A stretch of DNA of 32,296 bases from an uncultured Fidelibacterota bacterium (GCA_913045065.1 CAJWPX010000003.1:1-32296); one strand, 5' to 3'; positions 1 through 10,338 are shown, counted from the first letter of the stretch. Notes: generated from the sequence alone by a model not told the origin. Translations and numbers: made by a program.

Positions 1-490
1 TATATCTAATCCCTTTTCCTTTATAAGGTTCAGGCTTTCTTAATGATCTTATTTTCGCAGATACTTGACCAACTAATTGCTTGTCAATTCCTTTAATCTC
101 AAGTTTAGTCTTTTGTGCATCTGCCTCAATACCGTCAGGAAGTTCTAATACTATATCATGTGAAAAACCCAACTGGAATACAAGTCGATTACCTTGACTT
201 TTTACATTATAACCAACACCTAAAATCTCTAAATGCTTTGAAAAACCACTATTAACGCCCTCAATTGCATTAGAAATTAATTGTCTTACTGTACCATGCA
301 TAGCTCTTGAGTGTCTATCATTATTTTTTATAGATACTCCAATTGAATCTTTATCAACTCTTAAATCAATCTCTTCAAAAAGATCCACTGATAACTGTCC
401 TTTAGGACCATTAATTAATAAACTAGAGTTATCTTGTTCTATTTTTACGCCTTCTGGCACTATAATCGGATTTTTACCTATTCTTGACAT
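1..490 (-). CDS. rplF: 50S ribosomal protein L6 (3' end runs off the window)
   Basis: Not in the ORF track. Manual translation from ATG at 490 gives MSRIGKNPIIVPEGV...GPKGQL...GVGY...LGFSH...IDKQLVGQVSAKIRSLRKPEPYKGKGIRY. Follows rpsH as in the spc operon. Confidence 0.97.
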   Translation of the reverse strand, partial: MSRIGKNPIIVPEGVKIEQDNSSLLINGPKGQLSVDLFEEIDLRVDKDSIGVSIKNNDRHSRAMHGTVRQLISNAIEGVNSGFSKHLEILGVGYNVKSQGNRLVFQLGFSHDIVLELPDGIEADAQKTKLEIKGIDKQLVGQVSAKIRSLRKPEPYKGKGIRY

Positions 491-491
491 T

Positions 492-890
492 CTACCAAAC
501 GTTGCAAAGCAACTCTCCTCCAACTTTTAATTCTCTTGCCACCTTATTACTTACTACTCCCCTTGAAGATGAAATAACACTAATACCTAATCCATTCAAG
601 ACTCTAGGGATATCACCAACCGATACATATACTCTTTTTCCAGGTTTACTAATCTTCTCAATAGTAGTAATAGCTGGTACATTGTTATCATATCTTAAAA
701 AGATTCTGATATCTTCTTTTTTTAATTCTTTATTTACAAATACAAAATTATCAATGTATCCCTCTTCTTTCAAAACAAGAGAAATTCTTTTTTTCAGTTC
801 AGAGGATGGAATATCTATCCATCTCTTCTTAGAAGAGTAACCATTTCTTATTCTTGTACAATAATCTGCTATTGGATCTGTCATTGACAT
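492..890 (-). CDS. rpsH: 30S ribosomal protein S8
   Basis: MSMTDPIAD..TRIRNG, SKPGKRVY, GLGISVISSSRGV, VGGELLCNVW. Confidence 0.98.
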   Translation of the reverse strand: MSMTDPIADYCTRIRNGYSSKKRWIDIPSSELKKRISLVLKEEGYIDNFVFVNKELKKEDIRIFLRYDNNVPAITTIEKISKPGKRVYVSVGDIPRVLNGLGISVISSSRGVVSNKVARELKVGGELLCNVW

Positions 891-901
891 AAATATACTC
901 C

Positions 902-1207
902 TTACCAGCTTGCCTTTGTTACACCCGGAAGCTCTCCTTTGAGTGCTAATTCTCTAAAAGTTATTCTTGATAAACCAAATTTTCTCATGTATCCCTTCGG
1001 ACGTCCAGATACTAAACATCTGTTAGTTAGCCTAACATGACTAGAACTTCTTGGAAGTTTTTGTAATTTTTTGATTGCATTTAATTTATCTTCTTCAGAA
1101 GTATTCGGGTGTTTAATTAAATCCCTTAATTCTTTTCTTAAAAGATAGTGTCTCTTAACTTTTTTTGCTAAATGCTTTTCTCTTGCAATTTTAGACTTCT
1201 TCGCCAT
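902..1207 (-). CDS. rpsN: 30S ribosomal protein S14, long Zn-independent form
   Basis: [10 protein letters not shown]...[21 protein letters not shown]...[11 protein letters not shown], 101 aa, one Cys. Confidence 0.97.
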   Translation of the reverse strand: MAKKSKIAREKHLAKKVKRHYLLRKELRDLIKHPNTSEEDKLNAIKKLQKLPRSSSHVRLTNRCLVSGRPKGYMRKFGLSRITFRELALKGELPGVTKASW

Positions 1208-1835
1208 TTTTTTCCTCGTTTAAGTTATCTTCTTGTATTGGAACTTCTTCTACTGGAACTTCTTCTGTCTGAGCACCTTTTTCTTTAATAGGAAGTCCCA
1301 TTGCTTTCAACATTTCATACGAAATCTCATCATTCCCTGCTGAAGTCGTAATAATCACGTCCATACCTCTAATAGTATCAACTTTATCATAATCAATCTC
1401 AGGGAATACAACCTGTTCTTTAATTCCAAAACTATAGTTTCCTTGACCATCAAATGATTTGCTAGATAAACCTCTAAAATCTCTCGTTCTTGGAAGAGCT
1501 ACGGCACATAATCTTTCCAAAAATTCATACATATAATTTTTTCTTAATGTCACTTTACAACCAACAGGAAATCCCTTTCTTATTTTAAAATTTGAAACAT
1601 CTTTTTTTGCTTTAGTTACAATAGGTTTCTGTCCTGTAATTAGCATTAACTCATCCAAAGCTGCTTGTAGTGCTTTAGAATCATTCTTGGCATTACCTAA
1701 ACCAATATTCAAAGTTATTTTTTCAATTTTTGGAGCTTCCATCATACTTTTTAAATCAAACTTCTTAATAAGATGTGGTCTTACCTCATTAAGATATTTT
1801 TGTTTGTAAGTAGGGGTATAAGTTGCTTCTGCCAT
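1191..1835 (-). CDS. rplE: 50S ribosomal protein L5 with acidic C-terminal tail
   Basis: [49 protein letters not shown]. Start moved to ATG 1835 (AGGAG at 1846-1850; avoids overlap with rplX). Confidence 0.96.
   Translation of the reverse strand: MAEATYTPTYKQKYLNEVRPHLIKKFDLKSMMEAPKIEKITLNIGLGNAKNDSKALQAALDELMLITGQKPIVTKAKKDVSNFKIRKGFPVGCKVTLRKNYMYEFLERLCAVALPRTRDFRGLSSKSFDGQGNYSFGIKEQVVFPEIDYDKVDTIRGMDVIITTSAGNDEISYEMLKAMGLPIKEKGAQTEEVPVEEVPIQEDNLNEEKNGEEV
1239..1266. repeat. 13-bp direct repeat with 15-bp period in the rplE tail ([10 protein letters not shown])
   Basis: TGGAACTTCTTCT at 1239-1251 and 1254-1266. Confidence 0.8.
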
Positions 1836-1836
1836 G

Positions 1837-2142
1837 TTAACTAAGCTCCTTACCACTTCTCTTAGAAACTCGTACTTTTGATTTATCCTTCAATAGTTTA
1901 AAACCAATTCTCGAGGTTTCATTATTATCTAGAATCATAACATTTGATATATGTATAGATCTTTCCCTCTCGGTAAATCCACCCTTGGGATTTTCTTGAG
2001 AAGGTCTCAATGTCCTTTTGGTTAATGCAACTCCTTCAACGATAACTCTTTTAGTCGTTGGAAATACTTTTAATATTTTTCCTGACAAACCTTTAAAGTT
2101 CCCAGAAATTACTTTTACCATCATATCTTTTTTAATCTTCAT
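1837..2142 (-). CDS. rplX: 50S ribosomal protein L24
   Basis: [17 protein letters not shown] motif, VIVEGV, NPKGG, IHISNV. Confidence 0.96.
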   Translation of the reverse strand: MKIKKDMMVKVISGNFKGLSGKILKVFPTTKRVIVEGVALTKRTLRPSQENPKGGFTERERSIHISNVMILDNNETSRIGFKLLKDKSKVRVSKRSGKELS

Positions 2143-2510
2143 TATAAAACCTCTGGAGCCATTGATATAATTTTCATATATCCATTATCTCTTAATTCTC
2201 TAGCAACTGGTCCAAATATTCTCGTTCCCCTTGGCTCGTTTTGACTATCTAATAAAACAGCAGCATTATCATCAAATCTTATATATGAACCATCTTTTCT
2301 TCGTAACTCTTTTGCAACTCTAACTATAACAGCACGAGAAACATCTCCTTTTTTGACCATTCCTCCTGGAATAGATGTCTTTACGGATACAACAACAACA
2401 TCGCCTATACTAGCATATCTTCTCTTAGAGCCACCCAGTACTTTAAAACACTGGACAACTTTTGCACCAGAATTGTCAGCTACTTTTAACTTTGTTTCTT
2501 GTTGAATCAT
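2142..2510 (-). CDS. rplN: 50S ribosomal protein L14
   Basis: [17 protein letters not shown]...FDDNAAV...[13 protein letters not shown]...APEVL. Confidence 0.99.
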   Translation of the reverse strand: MIQQETKLKVADNSGAKVVQCFKVLGGSKRRYASIGDVVVVSVKTSIPGGMVKKGDVSRAVIVRVAKELRRKDGSYIRFDDNAAVLLDSQNEPRGTRIFGPVARELRDNGYMKIISMAPEVL

Positions 2511-2511
2511 A

Positions 2512-2766
2512 TTATTTCTCGTTTTTCTCCGTTAATCTTGAAACACGCCATCTTTTAGTTTTGCTCAACGGTTTAGAGGAAATAATCTCAACTAAATCTC
2601 CATTCTTATAAGAATTATCTTCATCGTGGGCATAATATTTTTTTGATCGTCTTATATATTTTTTATAAAGCTTATGCTTCACTAATCTTTCTACACTAAC
2701 AACTAGAGTTTTATCCATAGAATCAGATACAACTTTACCAATTAATCTTTGACGATTTCTATCCAT
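2512..2766 (-). CDS. rpsQ: 30S ribosomal protein S17
   Basis: [31 protein letters not shown]. Confidence 0.97.
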   Translation of the reverse strand: MDRNRQRLIGKVVSDSMDKTLVVSVERLVKHKLYKKYIRRSKKYYAHDEDNSYKNGDLVEIISSKPLSKTKRWRVSRLTEKNEK

Positions 2767-2968
2767 TAGAATTATCCTTATTCAATATTTTCTCTCTTAA
2801 TACTGTCTTAATCTTTGCATTCTCTCTACGTAAATCTGACAACAATCTATGGTCTTCTAACTGTTGAATAGATTTTTGAAAACGGTATTTTTGTAAGTTT
2901 TCTTTGTTATCGTTTAAACGTGAAAGCAAATCGTTATCAGATAACTGTCTTAAATCATTTACTTTCAT
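2759..2968 (-). CDS. rpmC: 50S ribosomal protein L29
   Basis: 69 aa between rplP and rpsQ; LRQLS...RFQ...QLE...[14 protein letters not shown]. Confidence 0.92.
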   Translation of the reverse strand: MKVNDLRQLSDNDLLSRLNDNKENLQKYRFQKSIQQLEDHRLLSDLRRENAKIKTVLREKILNKDNSNG

Positions 2969-3380
2969 CTAAACCTCTTCTTGCGACTAATTTTGTTTTA
3001 ATAGGTAGTTTACTTCCTGCATTTTTAAACGCTTTATGTGCAACGTCCCTTGGTATTCCTTCTACTTCAAATAATATTCTTCCTGGTTTCACATTGCTTA
3101 CCCAATATTCCGGAGATCCTTTTCCTTTACCCATTCTTGTTTCTAATGGTTTTGCTGTAATTGGCTTATCAGGAAATATTCTAATCCACATTTTTCCAAC
3201 TTTTCTAACAAACCTAGAAATTGTAACCCTTGAAGCCTCAATTTGCCTAGCAGTAATCCAACCAGGTTCCATTGCTTTTAATCCATAACTACCAAAATTA
3301 ACTTCGGTACCACTTTTAGCCATGCCTCTTCTGTGTCCTCTATGAACTCTTCTAAATTTTACTTTTGTAGGTTCTAACAT
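2955..3380 (-). CDS. rplP: 50S ribosomal protein L16
   Basis: [39 protein letters not shown]. Confidence 0.98.
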   Translation of the reverse strand: MLEPTKVKFRRVHRGHRRGMAKSGTEVNFGSYGLKAMEPGWITARQIEASRVTISRFVRKVGKMWIRIFPDKPITAKPLETRMGKGKGSPEYWVSNVKPGRILFEVEGIPRDVAHKAFKNAGSKLPIKTKLVARRGLDESK

Positions 3381-4021
3381 TATTTACTCTTCGCTTTATT
3401 AAATCCATTACAAATCCAAACTTTAATACCAATAATTCCATAAGTAGTCTGTGCTTCAACAAGAGCATAATCGATATTTGCTCTAAGTGTATGAAGTGGT
3501 ACTCTTCCATCCATAAATCTTTCAGATCTTGCAATTTCAACCCCACCTAATCTACCTGCAACATTGATTCTTATACCTTCAGCACCCATTCTCATAGTAG
3601 ATTGCATTGTTTTATTAATAACTCTTCTATATGCCATTTTCTTAATTAATTGATTTGCAATATTCTGACCTACAAGCTCTGCATTAAGCTCAGGTCTTTT
3701 AACTTCATTAATATTTAATTGGATATCATTTGTATTACAAAGTTTTGACACTTCTTTTTTCAATCTTTGAACTTCTTCTCCTCCTTTACCAATAACAATA
3801 CCTGGTCTAGCGGTATGAAGCGTAATAGTAATTGATTGCGAAGTTCTTTCAATATTAATAGATGAAACCGATGCATCTTGAAGTCTCTTTTTAAGATATT
3901 TTCTCAATTGAATATCTTGGGCTAAATCAACAGCATACTGATTCTTTTTAGAAAACCAATTAGATTCCCAATCTTTATTTACATCTAACCTATATCCCTT
4001 TGGATGTGTTTTTTGTCCCAT
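3380..4021 (-). CDS. rpsC: 30S ribosomal protein S3
   Basis: [22 protein letters not shown] (KH domain), [22 protein letters not shown]. Confidence 0.98.
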   Translation of the reverse strand: MGQKTHPKGYRLDVNKDWESNWFSKKNQYAVDLAQDIQLRKYLKKRLQDASVSSINIERTSQSITITLHTARPGIVIGKGGEEVQRLKKEVSKLCNTNDIQLNINEVKRPELNAELVGQNIANQLIKKMAYRRVINKTMQSTMRMGAEGIRINVAGRLGGVEIARSERFMDGRVPLHTLRANIDYALVEAQTTYGIIGIKVWICNGFNKAKSK

Positions 4022-4025
4022 TAAA

Positions 4026-4358
4026 TTATCCTATAATTATTTTTAAATGACTAGTTCTTTTCTTAATTTTATTTGCACGACCTTGTGCACGTGCTCTAAA
4101 CCTTTTTAAAGGCGGACCTTCATCAACAGTAATTGTTTTTATTATAACACTATTCATATCTCTATCAAATTTCTCATTGTTACCAGCATTAGCAATAGCA
4201 GATGATAACGTTTTTCCAATAATTTCTGCTCCTTTTTCATCCATATGTCTCAATGAAGAAAGTGCTTTATTCACATTTAAACCTCTCACACAATCAGCAA
4301 CTTTTCTAAGTTTTTTTGGTGACTGTTTTATATTGTTAGATTTTGAAATAATTTCCAT
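4026..4358 (-). CDS. rplV: 50S ribosomal protein L22
   Basis: SPKKLRKVAD, SAIANA, VDEGP.LKRFRARAQGRA..IKKRTSH. Confidence 0.97.
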   Translation of the reverse strand: MEIISKSNNIKQSPKKLRKVADCVRGLNVNKALSSLRHMDEKGAEIIGKTLSSAIANAGNNEKFDRDMNSVIIKTITVDEGPPLKRFRARAQGRANKIKKRTSHLKIIIG

Positions 4359-4367
4359 AATTTTCTA

Positions 4368-4634
4368 TTACTTTCTGTCTCCAGAGTGCATTCTAAATAT
4401 TCTTGTTGGAGAAAACTCACCAAGTTTATGTCCAACCATATTCTCAGTTATAAAAACAGGAATAAACTTATTCCCATTATGAATAGCAAAAGTATGTCCA
4501 ACAAAATCTGGAGTTATTACTGAATTTCTAGCCCAGGTTTTAATAACACTTTTTTTCTTTGATTTCTCCATCTTTTCTATTTTCTTTAAAAGTTTAAAAT
4601 CAATATGTGGTCCTTTCTTGATAGATCTAGACAT
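4368..4634 (-). CDS. rpsS: 30S ribosomal protein S19
   Basis: [34 protein letters not shown]. Confidence 0.98.
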   Translation of the reverse strand: MSRSIKKGPHIDFKLLKKIEKMEKSKKKSVIKTWARNSVITPDFVGHTFAIHNGNKFIPVFITENMVGHKLGEFSPTRIFRMHSGDRK

Positions 4635-5461
4635 TAATCATTTCTCCTTTTTACAATTAAAGAATTTGATTTCTTATTTTTCTTTCTAGTTTTATATCCT
4701 TTTGTAGGTTTCCCCCAAGGCGTAGTTGGGTGTCTTCCTCCAGAACTTTTACCTTCTCCTCCACCCATAGGGTGATCCACAGGATTCATTGCTACTCCTC
4801 TAACCTTAGGGCGCTTACCTAACCATCTAGATCTACCAGCCTTACCTGATCGAATTAATTCATGATGTTTATTGCCCACTATGCCAATTGTAGCCAAACA
4901 ATCTTCGGAAACCATTCTTACTTCTCCAGATGGCATTTTTAATGTCGTAAGACCTTCATCATTTGCCATAATCTGAACATAGGAGCCTGCGCTTCTAGCT
5001 AACTGTGCTCCTTTACCAGGAACTAGCTCCACATTGTGTACAAATTGTCCAGATGGTATATTTTTCAACATCATAGCATTACCTGTCTTCAGAGAAGTTT
5101 TTTCACCAGAAACAACTATATCGCCAACTTTTAATCCATCTGGTTGAACAATATATCTCTTTTCACCATCTAAATAATAAAGTAATGCAATAAACGCACT
5201 ACGATTTGGATCATATTCAATTGTTGCTACTTTAGCTTCAATATCAAATTTATTTCTCTTGAAATCTATAATCCGATAACTGCGTTTATGCCCTCCACCT
5301 CTTCTTCTAGATGTAATTCTACCCTTATTATTTCTTCCACCTGTTTTATTGAGTTTTCTTACCAAAGATTTCTCAGGCTTACTGGTAGTAATCTCAGTAA
5401 AATCGGGTCTAGAAGCAAATCTAGAAGCGGGTGTAACTGGTTTTAGTTGTTTTATTGCCAT
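4634..5461 (-). CDS. rplB: 50S ribosomal protein L2
   Basis: [44 protein letters not shown]. Confidence 0.99.
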   Translation of the reverse strand: MAIKQLKPVTPASRFASRPDFTEITTSKPEKSLVRKLNKTGGRNNKGRITSRRRGGGHKRSYRIIDFKRNKFDIEAKVATIEYDPNRSAFIALLYYLDGEKRYIVQPDGLKVGDIVVSGEKTSLKTGNAMMLKNIPSGQFVHNVELVPGKGAQLARSAGSYVQIMANDEGLTTLKMPSGEVRMVSEDCLATIGIVGNKHHELIRSGKAGRSRWLGKRPKVRGVAMNPVDHPMGGGEGKSSGGRHPTTPWGKPTKGYKTRKKNKKSNSLIVKRRND

Positions 5462-5473
5462 AATTATAATTTT

Positions 5474-5785
5474 TTATATACTAAATAAATCTATGTTATA
5501 ACCTTCCATCAATGTTACTAAAGCTCTTTTCTTTAACTTTGTATATCCACTTGTTCTAATTGTTCTTCCACCGCTCTTTACTGTCATTTGTTTTTCTTTA
5601 CCTTTTTTATTAATAATAGCTACTTTTAAAACTTTAACTTTAAATTTTTTCTCAACAGCTTTTTTTATCTCTATTTTATTTGCACTTAAAGGTACTTCGA
5701 ACGCATATTTATTACCTTGATCCTGTAAAAGAGTCATTTTCTCGGTCACAATTGGACGTATTAGTATCTGAGAAAGATCATTCAT
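5474..5785 (-). CDS. rplW: 50S ribosomal protein L23
   Basis: LIRPIVTEK, YAFEV..ANKIEIKKAVE, KKRALVTL. Start moved to ATG 5785 (GGAGGAG at 5795-5801). Confidence 0.95.
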   Translation of the reverse strand: MNDLSQILIRPIVTEKMTLLQDQGNKYAFEVPLSANKIEIKKAVEKKFKVKVLKVAIINKKGKEKQMTVKSGGRTIRTSGYTKLKKRALVTLMEGYNIDLFSI

Positions 5786-5786
5786 T

Positions 5787-6407
5787 TTATTCATCTCCTC
5801 CAAACCTAGATGAAATAACTTCAAGCCCACTTGAATCAATTAAAACAATATCGGAATCGAATAAATCTACGATTGAACAAGAAGATGCCTTGACTACATT
5901 TATATATTTAACATTACGTGATGCTAAGAGCAGGTTATTATCTACTTCAGATGTAACAATTGTTAATTTTCTATTAAATAAATCGTTATCATGTAAAAAT
6001 TGAACTAATTCCTTAGTTTTATTTGTTTTAAGATTAATTGAATCAGTTATCTTTAAAGATTTATTCTTTGTCTTGTCAGAAAGAATACATTTAAAAGCCA
6101 ATTTCTTTGTTTTAGCATTAACTTTCTTGAAATAATACTTTGGACTAGGTCCAAAAATAACACCTCCACCTCTCATTAAAGGAGATCTTATCGTTCCAGC
6201 TCTAGCATTTCCAGTGCCTTTTTGTTTAAATGGTTTCTTACCTCCACCAGATACTAAGGATCGATTCTTAGTAGAACTTGTACCTTGCCTTGCATTATTT
6301 AACTCAGCCACAACGCATTGGTACACTACTTGATTATTCATCGGAACTTTAAATACTGAGTCGCTCACAGTATAATCTTTTTTATTATTTATTGATTTTA
6401 TCTTCAT
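5787..6407 (-). CDS. rplD: 50S ribosomal protein L4
   Basis: RQGTSSTKNRSLVSGGGKKPFKQKGTGNARAG, GGGVIFGP, LASRNV. Confidence 0.97.
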   Translation of the reverse strand: MKIKSINNKKDYTVSDSVFKVPMNNQVVYQCVVAELNNARQGTSSTKNRSLVSGGGKKPFKQKGTGNARAGTIRSPLMRGGGVIFGPSPKYYFKKVNAKTKKLAFKCILSDKTKNKSLKITDSINLKTNKTKELVQFLHDNDLFNRKLTIVTSEVDNNLLLASRNVKYINVVKASSCSIVDLFDSDIVLIDSSGLEVISSRFGGDE

Positions 6408-7024
6408 TTCTTCAAAATAAATACTATAGCATTATTTGCACCTGCAACAGCTCCTTTAACATATAGTAAGTTTCTTTCCTTATCGATATTAACAATTTCA
6501 AGATTTTCTGCAGTAGTATAAGCATTCCCTAATCTACCAGGCATCTTTAATCCTTTAAATACTCTAGAAGGCCAAGATGCTTGTCCAATTGATCCTCCAG
6601 CTCTTTCAGTATGTTTTGTACCATGGGTAGCAGGTTGCGTGCTAAACCCATGTCTTTTAATAACTCCAGCAAAACCTTTACCTTTTGATTTTGACCTTAC
6701 ATTTACCATCTCTCCAATATTAAAAATTGAAGAATCAAATTTTTGACCTAATTCGTAATCAAATCCATCTACAGATTGAAACTCTGCTAACACTTTCGCA
6801 GAATCTATCTTTGCCTTCTTCAAATGTCCTTTAAGAGGTTTATTTGTATTTCGTTTTGATTTCTCTCCAAAAGCAAGCTGTACAGAACTATAACCATCAG
6901 AGTCTATAGTTTTGACCTGTGAGACTGTACATGGACCAGCTTGAATCAAAGTAACTGGAACAACATGACCATTTTCATTGAATATTTGGGACATTTTTAA
7001 TTTTTTACCAATTAAACCGTACAT
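6404..7024 (-). CDS. rplC: 50S ribosomal protein L3
   Basis: GLIGKKLKMSQIF, DGYSSVQL, SKGKGFAGVIKRHGF, GGSIGQ, VFKGLKMPG. Confidence 0.98.
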   Translation of the reverse strand: MYGLIGKKLKMSQIFNENGHVVPVTLIQAGPCTVSQVKTIDSDGYSSVQLAFGEKSKRNTNKPLKGHLKKAKIDSAKVLAEFQSVDGFDYELGQKFDSSIFNIGEMVNVRSKSKGKGFAGVIKRHGFSTQPATHGTKHTERAGGSIGQASWPSRVFKGLKMPGRLGNAYTTAENLEIVNIDKERNLLYVKGAVAGANNAIVFILKK

Positions 7025-7025
7025 A

Positions 7026-7334
7026 TTAACCTCTAATCTCTATATCTACGCCAGCTGGCAAATCTAATTTCATTAAAGATTCAACAGTTTTTGGTGTTGA
7101 ATTCACAATATCTACTATTCTCTTGTGAATTTTTGTTTGAAATTGTTCACGAGATTTTTTATTAATAAAAGGTGATCTTAAAACTGTATAAATAGTTCTC
7201 TTTGTTGGCAATGGAATTGGGCCAGATATAATTGCTCCAGTAGATTTAGCTGTTCTTATAATTTTCTCTGCAGATTTATCCAGAAGTTTATGGTCATAAG
7301 CCCTTAGTGAAATTCTTATTAGATCTTTACTCAT
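7026..7334 (-). CDS. rpsJ: 30S ribosomal protein S10
   Basis: [33 protein letters not shown]. Confidence 0.98.
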   Translation of the reverse strand: MSKDLIRISLRAYDHKLLDKSAEKIIRTAKSTGAIISGPIPLPTKRTIYTVLRSPFINKKSREQFQTKIHKRIVDIVNSTPKTVESLMKLDLPAGVDIEIRG

Positions 7335-9424
7335 TATTCCTCAACTCCATTTTTAACTCGTGTTTTCATTAATTTTTCTTCCACTTGAACTGGAACTTTA
7401 GCATAGTGAGAAAAATCCATATAGAAATTTGCTCTACCTTGAGATAAAGATCTTAAGTCAGTTGCATACCCAAACATTTCACTAAGCGGCACAACCGCTT
7501 TAATATGTTGATTTGAACCTTGTTGACCAATTGTATCTACTTTACCTCTTCTTGAATTAATATCTCCTATAACATCACCCATATAATTATCTGGAGTTGT
7601 TGCTTCAACTTTCATAATTGGTTCCATTAATACAGGGTTAGCTTGTTTACAAGCATTAATGATTGCTCTAGAACCAGCCACTTTAAATGCAATTTCTGAT
7701 GAATCAACATCGTGATATGATCCAAACACGAGCTCAACTTCTATATCTGGGATAGGATATCCATATAAGACACCATTCTGCAACGCTTCTTGAATACCTT
7801 TATTAACAGCAGGTATATACTCTCTAGGGATAACGCCCCCAACAATTTTATTTACAAATGTATATCCGCTTCCTTGTTCTGTAGGCTTTACATTTATTAC
7901 AACATGACCATACTGTCCACGACCACCAGATTGGCGGATAAATTTTTCATCAATTTTTTCAACAGATTTTTGTATTGCTTCTCTGAACGAAACTTGAGGC
8001 TTCCCAATATTTGCATTAACATTAAATTCTCTTTTAAGTCTATCAATAATAATCTCTAAGTGAACTTCGCCCATTCCTGAAATCAAAGTTTGTGCTGTCT
8101 CTTTATCAACCTCTACTTTAAAAGTAGGGTCTTCTTCACTTAACTTACTCATTCCTTTAGCTAATTGATCTTGATCTCCCTTAGAAACAGGTTCAATCGA
8201 AACTGAAACAACAGGTTCTGGAAATTCCATTGACTCTAAAACAATATCACCTTTTTCTGATAATGTGTGTCCAGTATTAGTGTTTTTTAAACCAATAACT
8301 GCAACTATTTCTCCAGCTTTAACCTCTTGGAGCTCTTCTCTTTTATTAGCATGCATCTGCAAGATTCTTGAAATACGTTCTTTTTTACCTGTATTAGAAT
8401 TAATACAAAAAGAACCCTTTTTTAAAGACCCAGAATAAACTCTCAAATAAGTTAGTCTTCCAACAAAAGGATCTGTAGCAATTTTGAATGCAAGGGCTGT
8501 AAAGGGTGCATCATCAGAATTTTTAATATTTATTTTTTCTTCAGGATTATCAACTAAAGAAGCTTCTGTGCTCTCAATATCAAAAGGAGAAGGTAAAAAA
8601 GCAACAACAGCATCTAAAACTCTCTGCACACCTTTGTTTTTAAAAGCCGATCCACATAAAGTTGGGACAAAAGCATTTTCTAAACAACCTTGTTTTAATG
8701 CGCTTACGATCTCTTCAGATGAAATTTTTTCTTCATTAACATATTTTTCCATTAATGTATCATCATATGTAGAAACTTCTTCTACAAGGAAATTTCTCCA
8801 TTTGTCTGCTTCAGAGACTGAATCTGCTGGAATATCAATATATTCAAAGTCAGCTCCTTGAGTACTTTCGTTATATTGAATAGCTTTCATTCTTACTAAA
8901 TCAATAACTCCATGAAAATCTTCACCTGAACCAATTGGTAATACAAGAGGTAGAGGTTTAGCATTTAATCTATCTTTCATACTTTGTATTGCAGCATGAA
9001 AATCGGCACCAACTCTATCCATTTTATTTATAAAAGCAATTCTTGGTACATTATATTTCGTTGCTTGTCTCCAAACTGTTTCACTCTGAGGTTCAACTCC
9101 AGCAACTCCACAAAAAACAGCAACTGCACCATCAAGAACACGTAATGATCTTTCTACTTCCATAGTAAAATCTACGTGTCCAGGGGTATCAATTAGATTA
9201 ATACGATTCTCATTCCAATAGAAAGTTGTCGCAGCTGAAGTAATTGTAATACCTCTTTCTTGTTCTTGAGCCATCCAATCCATAGTCGCTGCACCATCGT
9301 GAACTTCACCAATTCTATGGGTTTTACCAGCATAGTATAACATTCTTTCTGTTAATGTTGTTTTTCCAGCATCTACATGGGCCATAATCCCAATATTTCT
9401 TACAATTTTTAAACCAGCAGACAT
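7334..9424 (-). CDS. fusA: Elongation factor G
   Basis: [48 protein letters not shown]; 696 aa. Confidence 0.99.
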   Translation of the reverse strand: MSAGLKIVRNIGIMAHVDAGKTTLTERMLYYAGKTHRIGEVHDGAATMDWMAQEQERGITITSAATTFYWNENRINLIDTPGHVDFTMEVERSLRVLDGAVAVFCGVAGVEPQSETVWRQATKYNVPRIAFINKMDRVGADFHAAIQSMKDRLNAKPLPLVLPIGSGEDFHGVIDLVRMKAIQYNESTQGADFEYIDIPADSVSEADKWRNFLVEEVSTYDDTLMEKYVNEEKISSEEIVSALKQGCLENAFVPTLCGSAFKNKGVQRVLDAVVAFLPSPFDIESTEASLVDNPEEKINIKNSDDAPFTALAFKIATDPFVGRLTYLRVYSGSLKKGSFCINSNTGKKERISRILQMHANKREELQEVKAGEIVAVIGLKNTNTGHTLSEKGDIVLESMEFPEPVVSVSIEPVSKGDQDQLAKGMSKLSEEDPTFKVEVDKETAQTLISGMGEVHLEIIIDRLKREFNVNANIGKPQVSFREAIQKSVEKIDEKFIRQSGGRGQYGHVVINVKPTEQGSGYTFVNKIVGGVIPREYIPAVNKGIQEALQNGVLYGYPIPDIEVELVFGSYHDVDSSEIAFKVAGSRAIINACKQANPVLMEPIMKVEATTPDNYMGDVIGDINSRRGKVDTIGQQGSNQHIKAVVPLSEMFGYATDLRSLSQGRANFYMDFSHYAKVPVQVEEKLMKTRVKNGVEE

Positions 9425-9897
9425 TACCTTCCCCTACCAAAATGAGCAAACGCTTTGTTTGCCTCAGCCATACGATGAGTATCTTCTTTCTTTTTTATTG
9501 CATTCCCTTCATTGTTTGATGCTGCAATAAGTTCACTAGCCAAACGACTTGACATAGGGCTACCAGACTTATTTTTTGCACTATCAATAATCCAATGTGA
9601 TGAAAGGTAAAACTGTCTATTAGATGGAACTTCAATTGGAACTTGATAAGTTGCTCCGCCAATTCTTCTTGACTTTACTTCTACATGTGGCGCAGCATTA
9701 TTTAAAGCTTTTTTAAAAATGTCTACCGGATCTTTTTTTGTCTTATCTTTAATAATATCCAATGAATCATAGAATATCTTCTCAGCAATTCCTTTTTTAC
9801 CTTGGGTTAATAAGTAATTGATAAACTTAGATACTTCTAAATCATTAAATTTAGGATCAGGGTTGATAGATCTTTTTTCTGGTCTTCTTCTTCTCAT
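9424..9897 (-). CDS. rpsG: 30S ribosomal protein S7
   Basis: [42 protein letters not shown]. Confidence 0.98.
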   Translation of the reverse strand: MRRRRPEKRSINPDPKFNDLEVSKFINYLLTQGKKGIAEKIFYDSLDIIKDKTKKDPVDIFKKALNNAAPHVEVKSRRIGGATYQVPIEVPSNRQFYLSSHWIIDSAKNKSGSPMSSRLASELIAASNNEGNAIKKKEDTHRMAEANKAFAHFGRGR

Positions 9898-9899
9898 AT

Positions 9900-10274
9900 T
9901 TATTTTTTAGGTTTTTTCGCACCATAGCGCGATCTACTAGTCGTTCTATCATCTACACCAGCAGTATCTAGAGTACCACGTACTATATGATAACGTACTC
10001 CAGGAAGATCTTTTACTCTGCCACCTTCAATTAACACTATTGAGTGTTCTTGTAGATTATGACCTTCTCCTGGTATATATGCAGTAGCTTCAATACCATT
10101 AGTTAATCTCACTCTTGCAACTTTTCTTAGAGCAGAATTGGGTTTTTTGGGCGTAGTTGTATAAACACGAGTACATACACCTCTTTTCTGAGGGTTATTC
10201 TCGAGAGCTCTGCTAGCCGTTTTTTTAACAGCTCTTTTTCTACCCTTTCTTATTAGCTGGTTTACTGTTGGCAT
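9900..10274 (-). CDS. rpsL: 30S ribosomal protein S12
   Basis: [41 protein letters not shown]. Confidence 0.99.
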   Translation of the reverse strand: MPTVNQLIRKGRKRAVKKTASRALENNPQKRGVCTRVYTTTPKKPNSALRKVARVRLTNGIEATAYIPGEGHNLQEHSIVLIEGGRVKDLPGVRYHIVRGTLDTAGVDDRTTSRSRYGAKKPKK

Positions 10275-10297
10275 AATTTTTTTCCTTCAATAAATAT

Positions 10298-10338
10298 AAA
10301 AACGTCGGAATATATCGTTATAACGAGCAAGAATCAAA
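10298..10338 (-). promoter_or_regulatory. Putative primary-sigma promoter of the str-S10-spc unit
   Basis: Minus strand TTGATT (10337-10332)-N17-TATATT (10314-10309), then CCGACGTTTTT. Same architecture as 23031-23070. Confidence 0.6.

Noticed and set aside
3352-3546. Minus-strand 64-aa ORF in an alternate frame of rpsC/rplP
   Set aside because: Fully overlaps conserved genes out of frame and has no family features.
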